From an uncultured virus (IMG/VR IMGVR_UViG_3300005663_000039) (Duplodnaviria > Heunggongvirae > Uroviricota > Caudoviricetes), in IMG/VR virus record IMGVR_UViG_3300005663_000039: 35,603 nucleotides of DNA; one strand, written 5' to 3'. Every line of letters begins with the position of its first letter. Positions within the stretch are counted from its first letter, which is position 1. The position numbers and the translations under genes are program-made. Under the pieces are notes generated by a model. That model was not told the DNA's origin and did not search any database. It saw only the letters and a program-made list of their open reading frames with translations. Positions 7,159-15,926 of the stretch are shown here, piece by piece.

Positions 7159-8510
7159 TGACCCAAACTATCAGTCCTGCAGATATTGAAATCAAGCCAC
7201 GGCAGAGAAAGATCCTAACCCTGCCTCAAATTGAGAAGATGGCGGCCTCCATCGAGAAGTTTGGGCTGTTCAGTCCTCCTGTCATGGTGCCTGGGTCTGA
7301 GCCAGGAAAGGTACAACTCGTCTCCGGGTTCACTCGCTTGCAAGGTATGATGTACCTAAAGTGGGAGGAGATTCCATACACCTTGTACGAAGAAGCAGAT
7401 GAGATCACTATCAAGGAAATGGAGTTGGAGGAGAACATTCAGCGAACTGATCTCGAGTGGTGGGAGAAAGCTGAGGCTGTCGCTGAGATTCACGAGCTTC
7501 GCATGAGTCAAGACCCCACCTGGAATATGAGAAAGACAGCCGAGATGACAGGCGAGGCTCTCGGCACGGTCTCTCAATCAGTCCAGCTTCGGGATGAGGT
7601 GAAGACCAACCCTGAGATGAAGACTGAGAAGACCCTTCGTGGTGCTCTCCAGAAACTGGACGTCAAGAAGAAGCTGGTCGAGAAGAGGAAAGACATTGAA
7701 AGGAGGGCGAAGGGACTGACCCCATCGTTACGGGCCGAGATTATAGTCGGAGACGCGGCTGAGCTAATCAAGCTGGAGCCTGATGAGAGCTTCGATGCTA
7801 TAGTTACCAACCTTCCTTTCGGTATAGACCTTGAGTTCAAGGGTGGTCATAAGCCCTACGAAGATGACGAGCAGCTCATCATCGACCTAGTTCAAACTGT
7901 CGTGGTCGAGTCCTTTCGAGTCCTCAAAGATGACAGCTGGTTTGCAGCCTGGTTCGACATCAGGAAGATCACGTACTCCAATGCCCAGCTCCAGTTGTAT
8001 AAGAAGCTGGCAGGCTTGACGAAGCTGGCTGATTACAAGAAGTTGTTCTTCGACTCGATGGGCCTGAACTTCTGGCTTCAAGAAGCCGGCTTCTCGTATG
8101 TCACCCTTGTCCCTGCTCTCTGGGTTAAGCCAAACAAGACTCAGGGTATGATAGGTGATCCGAGAAAAGGTATGATTGTAGCTGCCGAAGCGATGGTCTT
8201 GGCATCGAAAGGTGGTGCCTTTCTCATGAAACAGGGACGGAACAATGTCTTTATCTACGACTCCCTCTCTGGGTCAGAGCGTGATTATAGTATGCAAATG
8301 CCAGCGGACCTCTGCACGGAGGTTGTTAGCATGGTTAGCCTTTCTGGGGGTAGAATACTCGACCCTTTCGCCGGATCAGGTTCGATTGGACTTGGAGCAC
8401 TTAACCGCGAGTGTGAGTTCAAAGGGTACGAGTTAAACCCAGAGGCTGCGTCTATAGGTAATATGCTTCTCAAGCAGCATCACTTAGCAGGGCAGGAGAA
8501 AGATGGCTGA
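7158..8510 (+). CDS. ParB-like domain + HTH + N6/N4 DNA methyltransferase fusion
   Basis: ParB: LVSGFTRL, ELEENIQRTDL; MTase in beta order: IVTNLPFG then ILDPFAGSGS. Confidence 0.88.
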   Translation: MTQTISPADIEIKPRQRKILTLPQIEKMAASIEKFGLFSPPVMVPGSEPGKVQLVSGFTRLQGMMYLKWEEIPYTLYEEADEITIKEMELEENIQRTDLEWWEKAEAVAEIHELRMSQDPTWNMRKTAEMTGEALGTVSQSVQLRDEVKTNPEMKTEKTLRGALQKLDVKKKLVEKRKDIERRAKGLTPSLRAEIIVGDAAELIKLEPDESFDAIVTNLPFGIDLEFKGGHKPYEDDEQLIIDLVQTVVVESFRVLKDDSWFAAWFDIRKITYSNAQLQLYKKLAGLTKLADYKKLFFDSMGLNFWLQEAGFSYVTLVPALWVKPNKTQGMIGDPRKGMIVAAEAMVLASKGGAFLMKQGRNNVFIYDSLSGSERDYSMQMPADLCTEVVSMVSLSGGRILDPFAGSGSIGLGALNRECEFKGYELNPEAASIGNMLLKQHHLAGQEKDG

Positions 8511-8817
8511 GCGAAGACCGCTGGGGGAATTTGAAGATCGGCAGATGATTCCATGGCTGGTGGGCTTGGGCTATCGCCTAGAACGCCTCGATGGAACAGA
8601 ACCACCCGAAATCCAGCAGATCATCGCTCGCCTGCGTGAGTTCGAGGGGACGGTGATTGAGGGGTGGGCGTGGCCCGAGGCGTTCCGGGCATTCAGGGAA
8701 GGACCGGATTATGCGTTGACGGTTTATCCTATGACCAACCAACACTCAAGTCATTCCCACGCCATCCCCCTCCTCATCCTCAAGAATCCCCAGGAGCCAG
8801 AAGACAATGAAAATTGA
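8503..8817 (+). CDS. Hypothetical protein
   Basis: AGGAG RBS; overlaps neighbours. Confidence 0.65.
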   Translation: MAERRPLGEFEDRQMIPWLVGLGYRLERLDGTEPPEIQQIIARLREFEGTVIEGWAWPEAFRAFREGPDYALTVYPMTNQHSSHSHAIPLLILKNPQEPEDNEN

Positions 8818-9022
8818 AGTACCTAACAAGAAGTTTGAAATGATGGACTTGATCCTTCCAACCCTAGACCTACCAGATCCCTGCTCGATCAAAATAGAGA
8901 TCAGAGATGATTCTGTCTTCCTGTATATCGGAGCAAGGGACTGGCAATGGGACTTTGGGGATGAAAGACTGGTAGGGTGTGGCACGACCGTCTCTCCTCA
9001 AGGAGACAAGGCTGATGAGTGA
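8807..9022 (+). CDS. Hypothetical protein
   Basis: RBS and overlap with neighbours. Confidence 0.65.
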   Translation: MKIEVPNKKFEMMDLILPTLDLPDPCSIKIEIRDDSVFLYIGARDWQWDFGDERLVGCGTTVSPQGDKADE

Positions 9023-9335
9023 TGATTTAACTAGACACCCTCTATATCGCACGCCCAGGAAGTCTATAGATGAACTTGAAAAAGAATATGAGACGGCCCG
9101 TCAAGAACGGGCGGAGCAAACTGAGCCGAAGAACGAGCGGGTGTGGGAATTTGACGATGGCTCTCGGTGGGAGTTGGGCGATAGCATGGCGGGTGGTGCT
9201 CATGCTGACAGCAGAACCATAAACGGTCAAATGGTACCCGGCTTCATCACGATGCGCATCGTCTCAGCTGATGGCGAGGAACAAGAGCACATGTATGTCC
9301 TCACCGCCGAGCCCCCAGCGAAGGAGGAGACATGA
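9015..9335 (+). CDS. Hypothetical protein
   Basis: AAGGAG RBS before ATG 9015. Confidence 0.6.
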   Translation: MSDDLTRHPLYRTPRKSIDELEKEYETARQERAEQTEPKNERVWEFDDGSRWELGDSMAGGAHADSRTINGQMVPGFITMRIVSADGEEQEHMYVLTAEPPAKEET

Positions 9336-9664
9336 GCACTTGGACAAAGCTAAAGCCCTTAGAGGGTGGGAATAATCCATGTCGGAACTGTCCCCCGATT
9401 TATCCCAAGCTCAAAATGCACAGACGGATTGCTGTAGGCTTCGGATTCGCTGGTGTGTCAAAAGGGGGCGAACAAGTTTGGACGGAGAACGGTAACGAGG
9501 AGTGGGCGGATATGCCCACGCTGATGACGTTCGAGAACATGGCTCGTAAGGACCCCGACCACAGTTGGGAAGTGGTAATGCACGGTCCCCTTCACGGCGA
9601 AACCTACCAACGTCAGGGTCGCAACCTTTGGGTGTTGATTGAGAAGAACGAAGGTTTCGCATGA
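9332..9664 (+). CDS. Conserved phage hypothetical protein
   Basis: GGAGG RBS; IAVGFG...DPDHSW...GPLHGETYQRQG...W pattern. Confidence 0.75.
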   Translation: MSTWTKLKPLEGGNNPCRNCPPIYPKLKMHRRIAVGFGFAGVSKGGEQVWTENGNEEWADMPTLMTFENMARKDPDHSWEVVMHGPLHGETYQRQGRNLWVLIEKNEGFA

Positions 9665-9689
9665 TTCCTCCCACCGAGCAGGAGCCAGG

Positions 9690-10235
9690 ATGATGGGTGA
9701 GCGATGCGGTACCTGCGACAGTACACTCATGAAATTCGGCGGCTACGGCAAACAGTGTGGAGTGTGCGGTCACCCGTGGATGCCCAGGATTGATCCCAAG
9801 CCCCCAGCAGCCACCGAAAGCGATACAAGCGGTGGGGGGGAGAAGAAATGTGAACTGGGATGCATCCTTGAGGCTCCCCACACTGGGACATCATGTAGGG
9901 GCTCGTTTGATCCACACAATGTCGGTGTATTAAGAGCCAAGGCCAAGGCCGACGCCAAGGCAGCCACCGAGGAGCGGGGAGAGCCCGAGAAGCCCATCCA
10001 GCTAGAAACTGATGTGGTGAAGCGTATCGTGCATTTCCGCAGCTTGAAGAAGGATTGGGATAGTTACGGCGCAGAGCCCATACCCGATGCGGTAGCAGAC
10101 CTCGCCTTGGTTGTCGTGCAGCGGATGGCGGGCGGCGTCCATGAAATCACTTGGGCCGGACCAACGAACGACGAAGGCATCCAACTAGATACCAAAAGCG
10201 GAATGGGAATCGAAGTGAGTAGATATGGCAACTAA
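9690..10235 (+). CDS. Composite hypothetical protein with N-terminal zinc ribbon
   Basis: CGTC...CGVC; C-terminal WDSYGAEPI module. Confidence 0.6.
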   Translation: MMGERCGTCDSTLMKFGGYGKQCGVCGHPWMPRIDPKPPAATESDTSGGGEKKCELGCILEAPHTGTSCRGSFDPHNVGVLRAKAKADAKAATEERGEPEKPIQLETDVVKRIVHFRSLKKDWDSYGAEPIPDAVADLALVVVQRMAGGVHEITWAGPTNDEGIQLDTKSGMGIEVSRYGN

Positions 10236-10938
10236 AAAACCAGCCCCTGATCCGGTCATTGGTGGGGAGCGAGAGAGTGAACACACAAGCTGGTGTCGTT
10301 CGAATGAGTTGGATTTGTGCTCTGGTTGTTCCGTCAAAAAAGGTTGGGACCGCAATGGCGTGACGGGTGAACCGACAACGTGTCGCGACGGGGTGCCCCA
10401 CGAATGGCCCCCACGTCCATGCAACTGTGGGCCGAATGATAAACGCAAGGGGGACCGTCGTTTCACCCACCCACCAGCGCCCAGCGATGGGCTGCGGGAA
10501 AATGTGGTGAGGTGCAAGGCTGTATCGCGGGAAACTGGACGGCAGTGCGTACGGTTTGCTGGGAGTGGCGCTGGGATTTGTGAGGTGCACAGACGTGGCG
10601 ATGCCACGGGGCTGATCGACGCGGATCATAGCCGCGAGCAGCTAGACGATGGGCTGCGGGAGGCTGAGGCGGCGTTCATTCGTGCCTCTGGTCCGACGGA
10701 AGCCAAGCTGCGTGAGGCTCTGGAAGCCATCGAGAGCGTTATCAAGGGTGGCGCACACGAGAACACGAAGATCCCGGCAATCGCCGAGATCGCCCGCACC
10801 GCTCTCGACGGGGTGAGGCCGGGTGACGGACCTCTCAAGAGGTACCGAGAGGCGCTAGAGAAGATCTCGAACCACGAGGTCGAGGAGCCCGCGCAGTTCG
10901 CGGAGGACACGCTCAACCGAGCGCGAGAGGAGGCTTGA
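10225..10938 (+). CDS. Composite Cys-rich hypothetical protein
   Basis: RCKAVSRETGRQC...ICEVH zinc module plus repeated (L/Y)REALE helices. Confidence 0.6.
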   Translation: MATKKPAPDPVIGGERESEHTSWCRSNELDLCSGCSVKKGWDRNGVTGEPTTCRDGVPHEWPPRPCNCGPNDKRKGDRRFTHPPAPSDGLRENVVRCKAVSRETGRQCVRFAGSGAGICEVHRRGDATGLIDADHSREQLDDGLREAEAAFIRASGPTEAKLREALEAIESVIKGGAHENTKIPAIAEIARTALDGVRPGDGPLKRYREALEKISNHEVEEPAQFAEDTLNRAREEA

Positions 10939-10939
10939 C

Positions 10940-11137
10940 ATGTGGGAGACCAGGACGATCAGCCTCGAGGTGAGGCTGCCGCACGACATCGCCAGGCAGG
11001 CCGAGGAGGTCCAGCGGACCGACCCCGAGTTCCTGTCCCGGGTGGTGCTGTACGGCCTCACGCGACGGAGCACCTACCGTCAGCTCAGGGCGCGTTCACG
11101 TGATGATGACGCATTATCTGTCCCAAGCTCCCTATGA
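10940..11137 (+). CDS. Small putative ribbon-helix-helix regulator
   Basis: GAGGAGG RBS; ISLEVRLPHDIARQAEEVQRTDPEFLSRVVLYGL; first strongly GC3-rich gene. Confidence 0.7.
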   Translation: MWETRTISLEVRLPHDIARQAEEVQRTDPEFLSRVVLYGLTRRSTYRQLRARSRDDDALSVPSSL

Positions 11138-11292
11138 AACACATTACGATCAAACGGCACCAGCGCGAAATCAAGCAGGAGGAACTCATTAGGGAAGCCG
11201 ACAAAGCTGACCGGGACCACGAACCCGAGCACGCAAACAGGCTGCGTGAGGCCGCCAAGCACTTTGACTGGCGTCCAGGTATCGACGAATGA
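11134..11292 (+). CDS. Small charged protein (52 aa)
   Basis: ATGA overlaps at both ends; MKHITIKRHQREIKQEEL... Confidence 0.6.
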   Translation: MKHITIKRHQREIKQEELIREADKADRDHEPEHANRLREAAKHFDWRPGIDE

Positions 11293-11477
11293 AGGGCCTG
11301 GCGAGGTTGGAGCACCGACGTCGTTGCGGCCGGCTCTGGACCTGGAACCGCGCCGCCGGCACGTCGTACGAGATCACCCTGGAGGAGCGCGAGGCCCTCC
11401 GGGACAAGAGCCGGCACCGAGCCTCGCGGGCCCGGGCCAAGAACCACCGCAACTACACCTCCAGACAGGAGACATGA
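11289..11477 (+). CDS. Small basic protein
   Basis: ATGA overlaps at both ends; GC3-rich codons. Confidence 0.6.
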   Translation: MKGLARLEHRRRCGRLWTWNRAAGTSYEITLEEREALRDKSRHRASRARAKNHRNYTSRQET

Positions 11478-11683
11478 ACATGACGCACCGACACCTGCCC
11501 GGCAACCGGGCCGTGATCGAGCAGAACGTGGACCGTGACCCGGTGGGCCGGCGGCTGACGCCGGAGGCCCGCCAGGAGGCCGTGGACGTCGCCATGCGGG
11601 TCTGGCGGGGAAACATGGGCAACGGCGAGGCCGCCCAGATCGGGATCGAGCAGGTCACCTCCCGCATCTTCAGGGACGAGTGA
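11474..11683 (+). CDS. Hypothetical protein
   Basis: AGGAG RBS; MNMTHRHLPGNRAVIEQ... Confidence 0.7.
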   Translation: MNMTHRHLPGNRAVIEQNVDRDPVGRRLTPEARQEAVDVAMRVWRGNMGNGEAAQIGIEQVTSRIFRDE

Positions 11684-11940
11684 CGATGAACCCCCAGGGA
11701 CAGAACTCCCGCTGCACCGCCCAGACGTTCCACAGGCGCCGGTGCCAGAACCGCGTGATCGACGCCGACCCCCTCTTCTGTCACCGCCACTCCAAGGACC
11801 ACGCCTACGAGCGCTGTGGCGTGATCGATCGACGGAGCGGCCGGCCGTGTAACCGGAAGGCCGTCGAGCATGGCGAGCCCTGCGCGGGCCACATGCCGGT
11901 GACGGTCCGCAGCTTCGAGACCGGGCGGTTCCGAGGATGA
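11680..11940 (+). CDS. Tandem C3H zinc-finger protein
   Basis: Two RC-x8/9-C...CxxH modules. Confidence 0.7.
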   Translation: MTMNPQGQNSRCTAQTFHRRRCQNRVIDADPLFCHRHSKDHAYERCGVIDRRSGRPCNRKAVEHGEPCAGHMPVTVRSFETGRFRG

Positions 11941-12200
11941 GCCGCATGACGACGGGGAAGCTGAACGAGCGCCTCCACGAGCTGGACCTGGAGCTGGACG
12001 ACGGGGCGATCGCCCACCTGGCCTCGCACAACGACGTGGGCGAGCCGTTCGAGACCCACGACGTCGAGCGGCTCCCGCTCCTTGAGGGCCACACCGTGCT
12101 CAACCTCTCGTGGCTCACCGCGATGGCGCTCAGCCGCCAGGAGAAGGACTGGCCGTTCCACGTCCGGGAGCAGCACTACGTGGGCGACGCCGATGTCTAA
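11937..12200 (+). CDS. Hypothetical protein
   Basis: ATGA overlap; GC3-rich frame. Confidence 0.65.
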   Translation: MSRMTTGKLNERLHELDLELDDGAIAHLASHNDVGEPFETHDVERLPLLEGHTVLNLSWLTAMALSRQEKDWPFHVREQHYVGDADV

Positions 12201-12507
12201 GCCCCCGCTGATCTTGGAGATCCCCCAGGACGAGGGCGACGAGTTCCCTGACTACGTGCTGATCCGGCAGGGCAGCTACGCCCGAGCCTACGCCTACCCG
12301 CCGGGCGACGACGCCAGCGAGATCTTCCTCGGGTACCAAGAGGCGCTGGCGTGGGTCTGTCGGCGCGCTGACGCCAGCGAGGGCCCATTTGGTCTCGACA
12401 TCCGGGACGAGATGATCAGGCGCGGGATCCTCATAGAAATCCCAGATCACCCACTTGACCCGGATATGGGCATAGCAATGGTCCTGGCCTGGGAAAAAGA
12501 TGCCTAG
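12193..12507 (+). CDS. Hypothetical protein
   Basis: Overlap with neighbours; MSKPPLILEIPQDEG... Confidence 0.6.
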   Translation: MSKPPLILEIPQDEGDEFPDYVLIRQGSYARAYAYPPGDDASEIFLGYQEALAWVCRRADASEGPFGLDIRDEMIRRGILIEIPDHPLDPDMGIAMVLAWEKDA

Positions 12508-12775
12508 GGCCGTTGCGCCTAGGGTCGGCTGCCGCGAGATCATGATGGCCGAGGAGCAGCCGGAGTACCTCACCTGCTGCGTGGCCGTGGTGGAGTACAG
12601 CGACGGCACGGTGGGCACCATGACCCGCTGGAAGCTGGACGACGCCGAGCGGGCCGAGATCGCCGCGGGCGAGGACGTCTACCTGACCCTCATGTGCTTC
12701 GGCCAGCCCATGCAGCCGATCCAGCTGGAGATCGGCCGCCCCGACTGGGCCCCTGACGAGGAGGCTAAAAAATGA
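12500..12775 (+). CDS. Conserved phage hypothetical protein
   Basis: EEQPEY...TRWKL...ER...G..VYL...FGQPMQP pattern. Confidence 0.7.
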   Translation: MPRAVAPRVGCREIMMAEEQPEYLTCCVAVVEYSDGTVGTMTRWKLDDAERAEIAAGEDVYLTLMCFGQPMQPIQLEIGRPDWAPDEEAKK

Positions 12776-12960
12776 GCCTTGTAAAGACCTTCACAAATGA
12801 AGAACTCATCGCGCTTGAGGGGTACCTTCCCGGCTGCACGGCTGAGATCACCGACCGGTGCCTGGCCCCGGAGTCAGGCTGGAGCAACGGGGCGCTCTGT
12901 AAACGGCATCGTCTGTTCGAGACCGTGAAGATCCTCATAGCCGGAGAGAAAGCGACGTGA
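12772..12960 (+). CDS. Hypothetical protein
   Basis: GGAGG RBS; overlaps both neighbours. Confidence 0.6.
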   Translation: MSLVKTFTNEELIALEGYLPGCTAEITDRCLAPESGWSNGALCKRHRLFETVKILIAGEKAT

Positions 12961-13310
12961 CCACCCAGAAGACCTACGCGATCGCCAAGGCCGTGCGGGC
13001 CGAGATCACGTCCCTCTTCGGCACGGCCGCGAACGCCGCGGCCAAGCTCAAGCTGGACCTCAGCTACCACACCGTGAACCAGGCTCTCCGCGGCCTCCCC
13101 GTGCGCCCTGGAGACGGCGAGGCGATAGTGAGGGCCTGGCGCGAGTGGAAGGCCCACTACGTGCGCGGCGAGACCCTGGGGCTGCGACCCCACACCGAGC
13201 ACTTCGAGCGCGTCTCCCAGAAGGCGGCCGACGTGCTCACCGACCAGGAGACCGAGGAGTGGACCCGACGCCTGCGACCGACCGGCAAGAAGACGAGGAT
13301 GAACCTGTGA
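12957..13310 (+). CDS. Possible Cro-like HTH protein
   Basis: FGTAANAAAKLKLDLSYHTVNQALRG helix-turn-helix-like segment. Confidence 0.55.
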   Translation: MTTQKTYAIAKAVRAEITSLFGTAANAAAKLKLDLSYHTVNQALRGLPVRPGDGEAIVRAWREWKAHYVRGETLGLRPHTEHFERVSQKAADVLTDQETEEWTRRLRPTGKKTRMNL

Positions 13311-13513
13311 GACTTCAAGAGCACGAATTACGCGCGCTGGTGGAACGCAACCGAGAACGCAAGCATCCTCTAACGCATCGGCTTGGGTTTGGCGTTCGCG
13401 CTCGTGATCCCAACGGTGACCGCTACCTAAATCCAGGCGAAGCACTGAGCCCAGAACGTGCCGAGGAACTTGAAAATCTTCGCGCGCTTGCCTTGAGGCG
13501 CAGACTGAGATAA
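13307..13513 (+). CDS. Hypothetical protein (lower-GC insert)
   Basis: GTGA overlap; MRLQEHELRALVERNRERKH... Confidence 0.55.
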   Translation: MRLQEHELRALVERNRERKHPLTHRLGFGVRARDPNGDRYLNPGEALSPERAEELENLRALALRRRLR

Positions 13514-13553
13514 TGCGGATAGAACAGCGATCGAAGAATATCCGGGCTCTCAC

Positions 13554-14153
13554 GTGACCGACCGCCCCTCGATGGAGGAGACGATGATGTGCGTGGCGAG
13601 GCTCATGGCCCGCCGGGCTACGTGCGCCCGTCTCAAGGTCGGCTGCGTGGTCGCCGACGCCCGGCTGACCGCGATCTACTCCATCGGCTACAACGGCAAC
13701 TACCGCGGCGGCCCCCACGCCTGCGATCGCGAGGAGCCCGGGAACTGCGGCTGCCTCCACGCCGAGGACAACGCGCTGGTCAAGCTCCGGACCGAGGAGC
13801 GCGGCCTGGTCCTGTTCACGACGATCTCCCCCTGTACCGCCTGCGCCAAGCGGATCGTGAACCAGGGGAACGTCGAGACCGTGTGGTACCAGGGACGGCA
13901 CCGTGACGAGGAGGCCGGCGTCGCGATCCTGAGGGCCGGCGGCGTGGAGGTGAGGGTGCTCGGCTCCGGGACCGGCGCCCAGGCCGAGGAGCCCGAGCTG
14001 CGGCTGTGTCTCCACTGCCGGACGAAGTACGAGGCCGACCCCGCCCTCCACGCCGGCGGCTACTGCCCCAGCTGCGGCTCCGCGAACTACGAACTGGCCG
14101 TGGCCAGCGTCTACGAGGGCGCGGGCGAGCTGAAGCGGCCGGTCGATGGCTGA
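13554..14153 (+). CDS. dCMP deaminase (ComEB/DCTD family) with extra C-terminal zinc ribbon
   Basis: RRATC...VGCV...GYNG, HAEDNAL and SPCTACAK catalytic motifs; tail CLHC...CPSCGS. Confidence 0.92.
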   Translation: MTDRPSMEETMMCVARLMARRATCARLKVGCVVADARLTAIYSIGYNGNYRGGPHACDREEPGNCGCLHAEDNALVKLRTEERGLVLFTTISPCTACAKRIVNQGNVETVWYQGRHRDEEAGVAILRAGGVEVRVLGSGTGAQAEEPELRLCLHCRTKYEADPALHAGGYCPSCGSANYELAVASVYEGAGELKRPVDG

Positions 14154-14409
14154 GACGTCGGGCGAGGCGCTCCGCGAGGTGGCCGACGCGCTCGACGGCC
14201 TCCGGGACGCGGTGATCAGCCAGAGCCGCGAGGAGCTGGGGCGCATGGCCCAGCGGCTGCGGGCCCTGGCCACGGCGGAGCGCCACCTGGACGAGGGCTG
14301 GGAGGGCGAGGTGGGCGACTGTGACCACTGCGGGTCGAAGCTCGTCTTCCGCGGCCGGAACCCCAGCGTGCTGACCTGCCCGCTGGGCTGTGACGAGACC
14401 GGACCATAA
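14146..14409 (+). CDS. Coiled-coil + zinc-ribbon hypothetical protein
   Basis: CDHC...CPLGC; overlaps previous stop. Confidence 0.65.
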   Translation: MAETSGEALREVADALDGLRDAVISQSREELGRMAQRLRALATAERHLDEGWEGEVGDCDHCGSKLVFRGRNPSVLTCPLGCDETGP

Positions 14410-14423
14410 CCAAGGAGGCTGAC

Positions 14424-14663
14424 GTGGTTGACCCCGAGCTGGAGACCGACCCGATCGACGACCTGATGGACCACCTGGAGGCGCTGCTGGTTGACCCGGA
14501 GCGCGACACGCTGACGCTCCGCGCCGACGAGAGCGGCGGGCTTCAGCTGAGCTGGGCGTCGCGAGGCGTGAACGAGACGATGAAGCTCGACCGCGTCGAG
14601 CCCAACCCGCGGCTGATGCTGCTCAGCGCCCTGCGTCTCATGCGGCAGGCGACCGGCCGATGA
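14424..14663 (+). CDS. Hypothetical protein
   Basis: AAGGAGG RBS before GTG. Confidence 0.7.
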   Translation: MVDPELETDPIDDLMDHLEALLVDPERDTLTLRADESGGLQLSWASRGVNETMKLDRVEPNPRLMLLSALRLMRQATGR

Positions 14664-15106
14664 GCCTCTGGGAGCGGATGGTTCAGCACGGCCTGATGAC
14701 CGAGGGCGACGGCGTCGTGGCCTACGCGATGCTGACGGCGCTGACCCGGCACGGCTACTCCACCAAGACGCTCGTGACCCAGCTGGCTCAGCTGATCCCA
14801 GAGACGTCGGTCCCCGCGATGGAGGCGGAGGTGAAGAACATCATAGAGGCCTTGACGGCGAACGGGTTGCCGACGACTCTAGCCGCGGAGACGGGCACGC
14901 TGGGCGTCGGCGTGGCGATCTGGCGCCGCGGAGAGGGCCGTGGACCCATGTGGAAGGGTACCGTCGGTGAGTTCTTGAACCGCTCTGACTATCAGAGCGG
15001 CACATGGCTGATCGACGGTGGCTGGGGCGGTCCACCGGGTCCCATAGAGGTTGACTGGGTTGACGGCCAGTGGGTCAGCCAAGGCTACTTGGGAGAGCGG
15101 AGGTGA
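14660..15106 (+). CDS. Hypothetical protein
   Basis: ATGA overlap. Confidence 0.65.
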   Translation: MSLWERMVQHGLMTEGDGVVAYAMLTALTRHGYSTKTLVTQLAQLIPETSVPAMEAEVKNIIEALTANGLPTTLAAETGTLGVGVAIWRRGEGRGPMWKGTVGEFLNRSDYQSGTWLIDGGWGGPPGPIEVDWVDGQWVSQGYLGERR

Positions 15107-15195
15107 TCGCGAACATAGTTGGGGTCGCGTTGGTCGGGGCAGCCGTCTGGGTGGTCGTCGTCTTCGTGCTTCTCACGCTGGACGAGCTGCTGTGA
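15103..15195 (+). CDS. 30-aa membrane peptide
   Basis: GTGA overlaps at both ends; MIANIVGVALVGAAVWVVVVFVLLTLDELL. Confidence 0.55.
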   Translation: MIANIVGVALVGAAVWVVVVFVLLTLDELL

Positions 15196-15677
15196 CCGAG
15201 GAGACGTTCTGGGCGAACCACGTCAAGCCGGCCCTCACCTCGACGCACTTCGGGCGACGCGCCTGGAAGGTGGGCACGAGCACGCGGGCGGGCGTCCCCG
15301 ACGTGGCCTACCGGCCGCCGGGCCAGATGGCCTGGCTGGAGCTGAAGTACGTGCCGCACTGGCCGGTCCGCGACGCGACGCCCCTGACGCTGGGGCTCAC
15401 CCTGGAGCAGCGGGCCCACCTCCGCGACTGGTGCGAGGACGACGGCGGTCGCGGGTTCGTGGTCGTCCTCGTCGACAGGGACGTCCTCGTGCTTCCCTGG
15501 TACGTGCCCGACGTCATCCAACGTGAGAACCTACGGGAGCTCACGCTGGCTCAGATGGCGTTGAAGGACGTGAAGAACCTGCTGGCCCGAGAGCTCGACG
15601 CCCTCATCTTCGCGAACCGGGGTGACGCCAAGGTGACGGACGGGACCTGGGTTGATCTAGGAGAGAGGTATGAGTAA
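15192..15677 (+). CDS. PD-(D/E)XK nuclease, Holliday junction resolvase / VRR-NUC-like
   Basis: E near the N-terminus, GVPDV...WLELK, LTLEQRAHL...GGRGFVVV. Confidence 0.82.
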   Translation: MTEETFWANHVKPALTSTHFGRRAWKVGTSTRAGVPDVAYRPPGQMAWLELKYVPHWPVRDATPLTLGLTLEQRAHLRDWCEDDGGRGFVVVLVDRDVLVLPWYVPDVIQRENLRELTLAQMALKDVKNLLARELDALIFANRGDAKVTDGTWVDLGERYE

Positions 15678-15846
15678 CCTATCTAAAGGAGGCACCTTGT
15701 CTACGCGACTCTGTCTCATACTGGGGTTTGTGCTGTGGGGAGTTGCCTGCTCTTCTCCCGTCGAACTTAGGTATACCGTGACCTACCGCTGCGAGGTAGA
15801 CATCCGTGGGCACGTGGAGTGCCACAAGGTGATGGTGTTCGAATGA
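15670..15846 (+). CDS. Putative small lipoprotein
   Basis: In-frame TTG at 15697 with AAGGAGG; hydrophobic signal ending LWGVAC (lipobox-like). Confidence 0.5.
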   Translation: MSNLSKGGTLSTRLCLILGFVLWGVACSSPVELRYTVTYRCEVDIRGHVECHKVMVFE

Positions 15847-15926
15847 GATCCTGGAACGCATACTTTTGGCTGACGGTGGCGCTGGGCTTCGTGTTGGGCG
15901 TGGCCTTCTGGGAGATCGCAACATGA
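15843..15926 (+). CDS. 27-aa membrane peptide
   Basis: ATGA overlaps; MRSWNAYFWLTVALGFVLGVAFWEIAT. Confidence 0.5.
   Translation: MRSWNAYFWLTVALGFVLGVAFWEIAT

Noticed and set aside
181..10950. Two genes starting MWETR (ATGTGGGAGAC at 181 and 10940)
   Set aside because: Only 11 nt are shared and the proteins diverge immediately; compatible with chance
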